Source: Takakia lepidozioides
Lineage: Eukaryota > Plantae > Bryophyta
Assembly (NCBI GenBank): GCA_030704615.1
Contig: CM060731.1
Span: 2,232,001 to 2,296,000, forward strand
Length of the DNA stretch: 64,000 nt
Reading direction: 5' to 3'
The translations under genes and the position numbers were made by a program. Under the pieces are notes generated by a model. It was given only the letters and a program-made list of their open reading frames with translations, did not search any database and was not told the DNA's origin. Shown in pieces: positions 62,631 to 64,000 of the stretch (position 1 is its first letter; each line of letters opens with the position of its first letter).

Positions 62631-64000
62631 CCTATGTCGTCTCTCCCGCTTTCAGAAGCACGCGATGTGCTTCTGAGCTCGCGAGGATAATGTTATGGCG
62701 GGCGTTCTTCGGTGGCTGCCCCGTTTGTGGTGTCGTACCCATGCTGGACGAGCGCCTGGGGGGGCGCGAAGGCGGCGCCTTGTCTCTCTTGCAGTGGGAA
62801 ACACTGCTATGAAAGCAGTGGCATCTTCCCTCCTCTGGCTTTTTCTGTGCTTAGCAAGGATGCTTATGATGGGAAGTTCTCTCCCTCCTTTCTAGTGCCT
62901 TGCGTTTGTGCCTGCTTTGCTTCATCGCTTATGTGCTTTGTGGAGGCGGCTTGCTACGTGTGGTGATGGCGCATAACCCTCTTCCCAATCGCTTAAGGTG
63001 CCTTTGGAGTTTAGGGATTCTCATGTTCTTATCTCTTTCTCTTGCTTTTGAGTTTCTTACTTGACATCGATGACAAGTGTGAGGGTCTGTGATTCACCTG
63101 GGGTTCCACAATCCCTAACCTGTTGGTTTTTGTGGGGGCTTGTGATGGGACTAGGTGAGGATCCTCACCTACTTTGAAGTTTCTTGAGCATGCAGATTGG
63201 GATATGGGCTGAGGAGACCTATGGGTTTGTGCGCCTGTGAAGTGGCTGCTGCCTGCAACCCCGATTTCAACCCGACTGCCCCTGGTTTGACATGCTACAG
63301 CCTGCGTTCTGGCCTTTGTCGTTCTGCCGCCGATGCGCAGTTCAGCCTGACTGACCTGTTTCCTGAGGCTTGCATACAAACCATACCTTACCTTTTGATC
63401 TTTGACAGCAAGGCCTGTGGATTATTAAGCTAGGTTGTAAGTACTTCTTTTGGCCAAAAAGGATCTGGTTTTTGGTGGTATGTTTTTGGCGGTTTTGGGT
63501 GTCTATCAATGTGGTGGCCTTGAAGGTTATGGCGGCAGCCTGGTAGGGCACTGCCCTGCTCCTTTTCATGCCTGCTTATGATGTGTACTGGATCATAGTA
63601 AGGTGTTCTCTGCATGTCTTAGCATGGAACTCTTGAAGGATGAGGATGGCAAGCTGCAATGGGATCCTACCTATAGTTTTGGCTCTGTCATGACATCAGG
63701 CCTACGACCTACATCTGGTTTTTTATATACAAAAGAGGCTGGATCTCGGCTGTTCATGTTGCTTGTTTGTACAAGTCTTGAACCTGCAATTTGACAGGCT
63801 ACATTCACATTCCCTTGATACATTGTATGATCACATGTCTCGGGGTGAATACAAATGATATGGAATCTATTTCATCTTGCTCAAGTTGGACTGCTTGGTG
63901 GCGTACTGAGATTCTGACAAACTGCAGGCTGGTCCTTATGCCTTGGATGATGCATGACCTGCCATAAATAATGGCTGAAATGGTAGGCTGCTGGTATGTG

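Noticed and set aside
62640-64000. Host gene at the window end
   Set aside because: Short broken ORFs with no motif or splice structure that I can support.

Overview
Eukaryotic nuclear DNA, almost certainly from a non-seed land plant (bryophyte-like; inferred from the PLS/DYW PPR style and the Ty3 families). Two intact host genes lie head-to-head: a 2-exon SGNH/PC-esterase-like membrane-anchored protein (11811-15344, -) and a 9-exon ATAD3 AAA ATPase (16501-21644, +). The rest is nested transposable elements: a full-length Ty3/gypsy element with TSD, PBS, PPT and extra ORFs (36504-49422), several broken Ty3 relatives, MITEs, DNA-transposon ends, and PPR and F-box fragments. Two unusual mobile methyltransferase-like systems stand out. 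(1) 5'-truncated Dualen/RandI-like LINEs whose polyprotein reads RT - chromodomain - PCIF1/CAPAM-like adenine-methyltransferase fold - RNase H - CCHC - RLE, ending in a conserved structured 3' RNA element. (2) An intron-containing, decayed ParB-like + beta-class amino-methyltransferase-like gene. Its introns carry about 10 copies of the palindrome AATCGGCGCCGATT, and its motif-IV segment is inverted between GGAAC/GTTCC microhomologies. All domain calls are by-eye motif recognition, not database hits.
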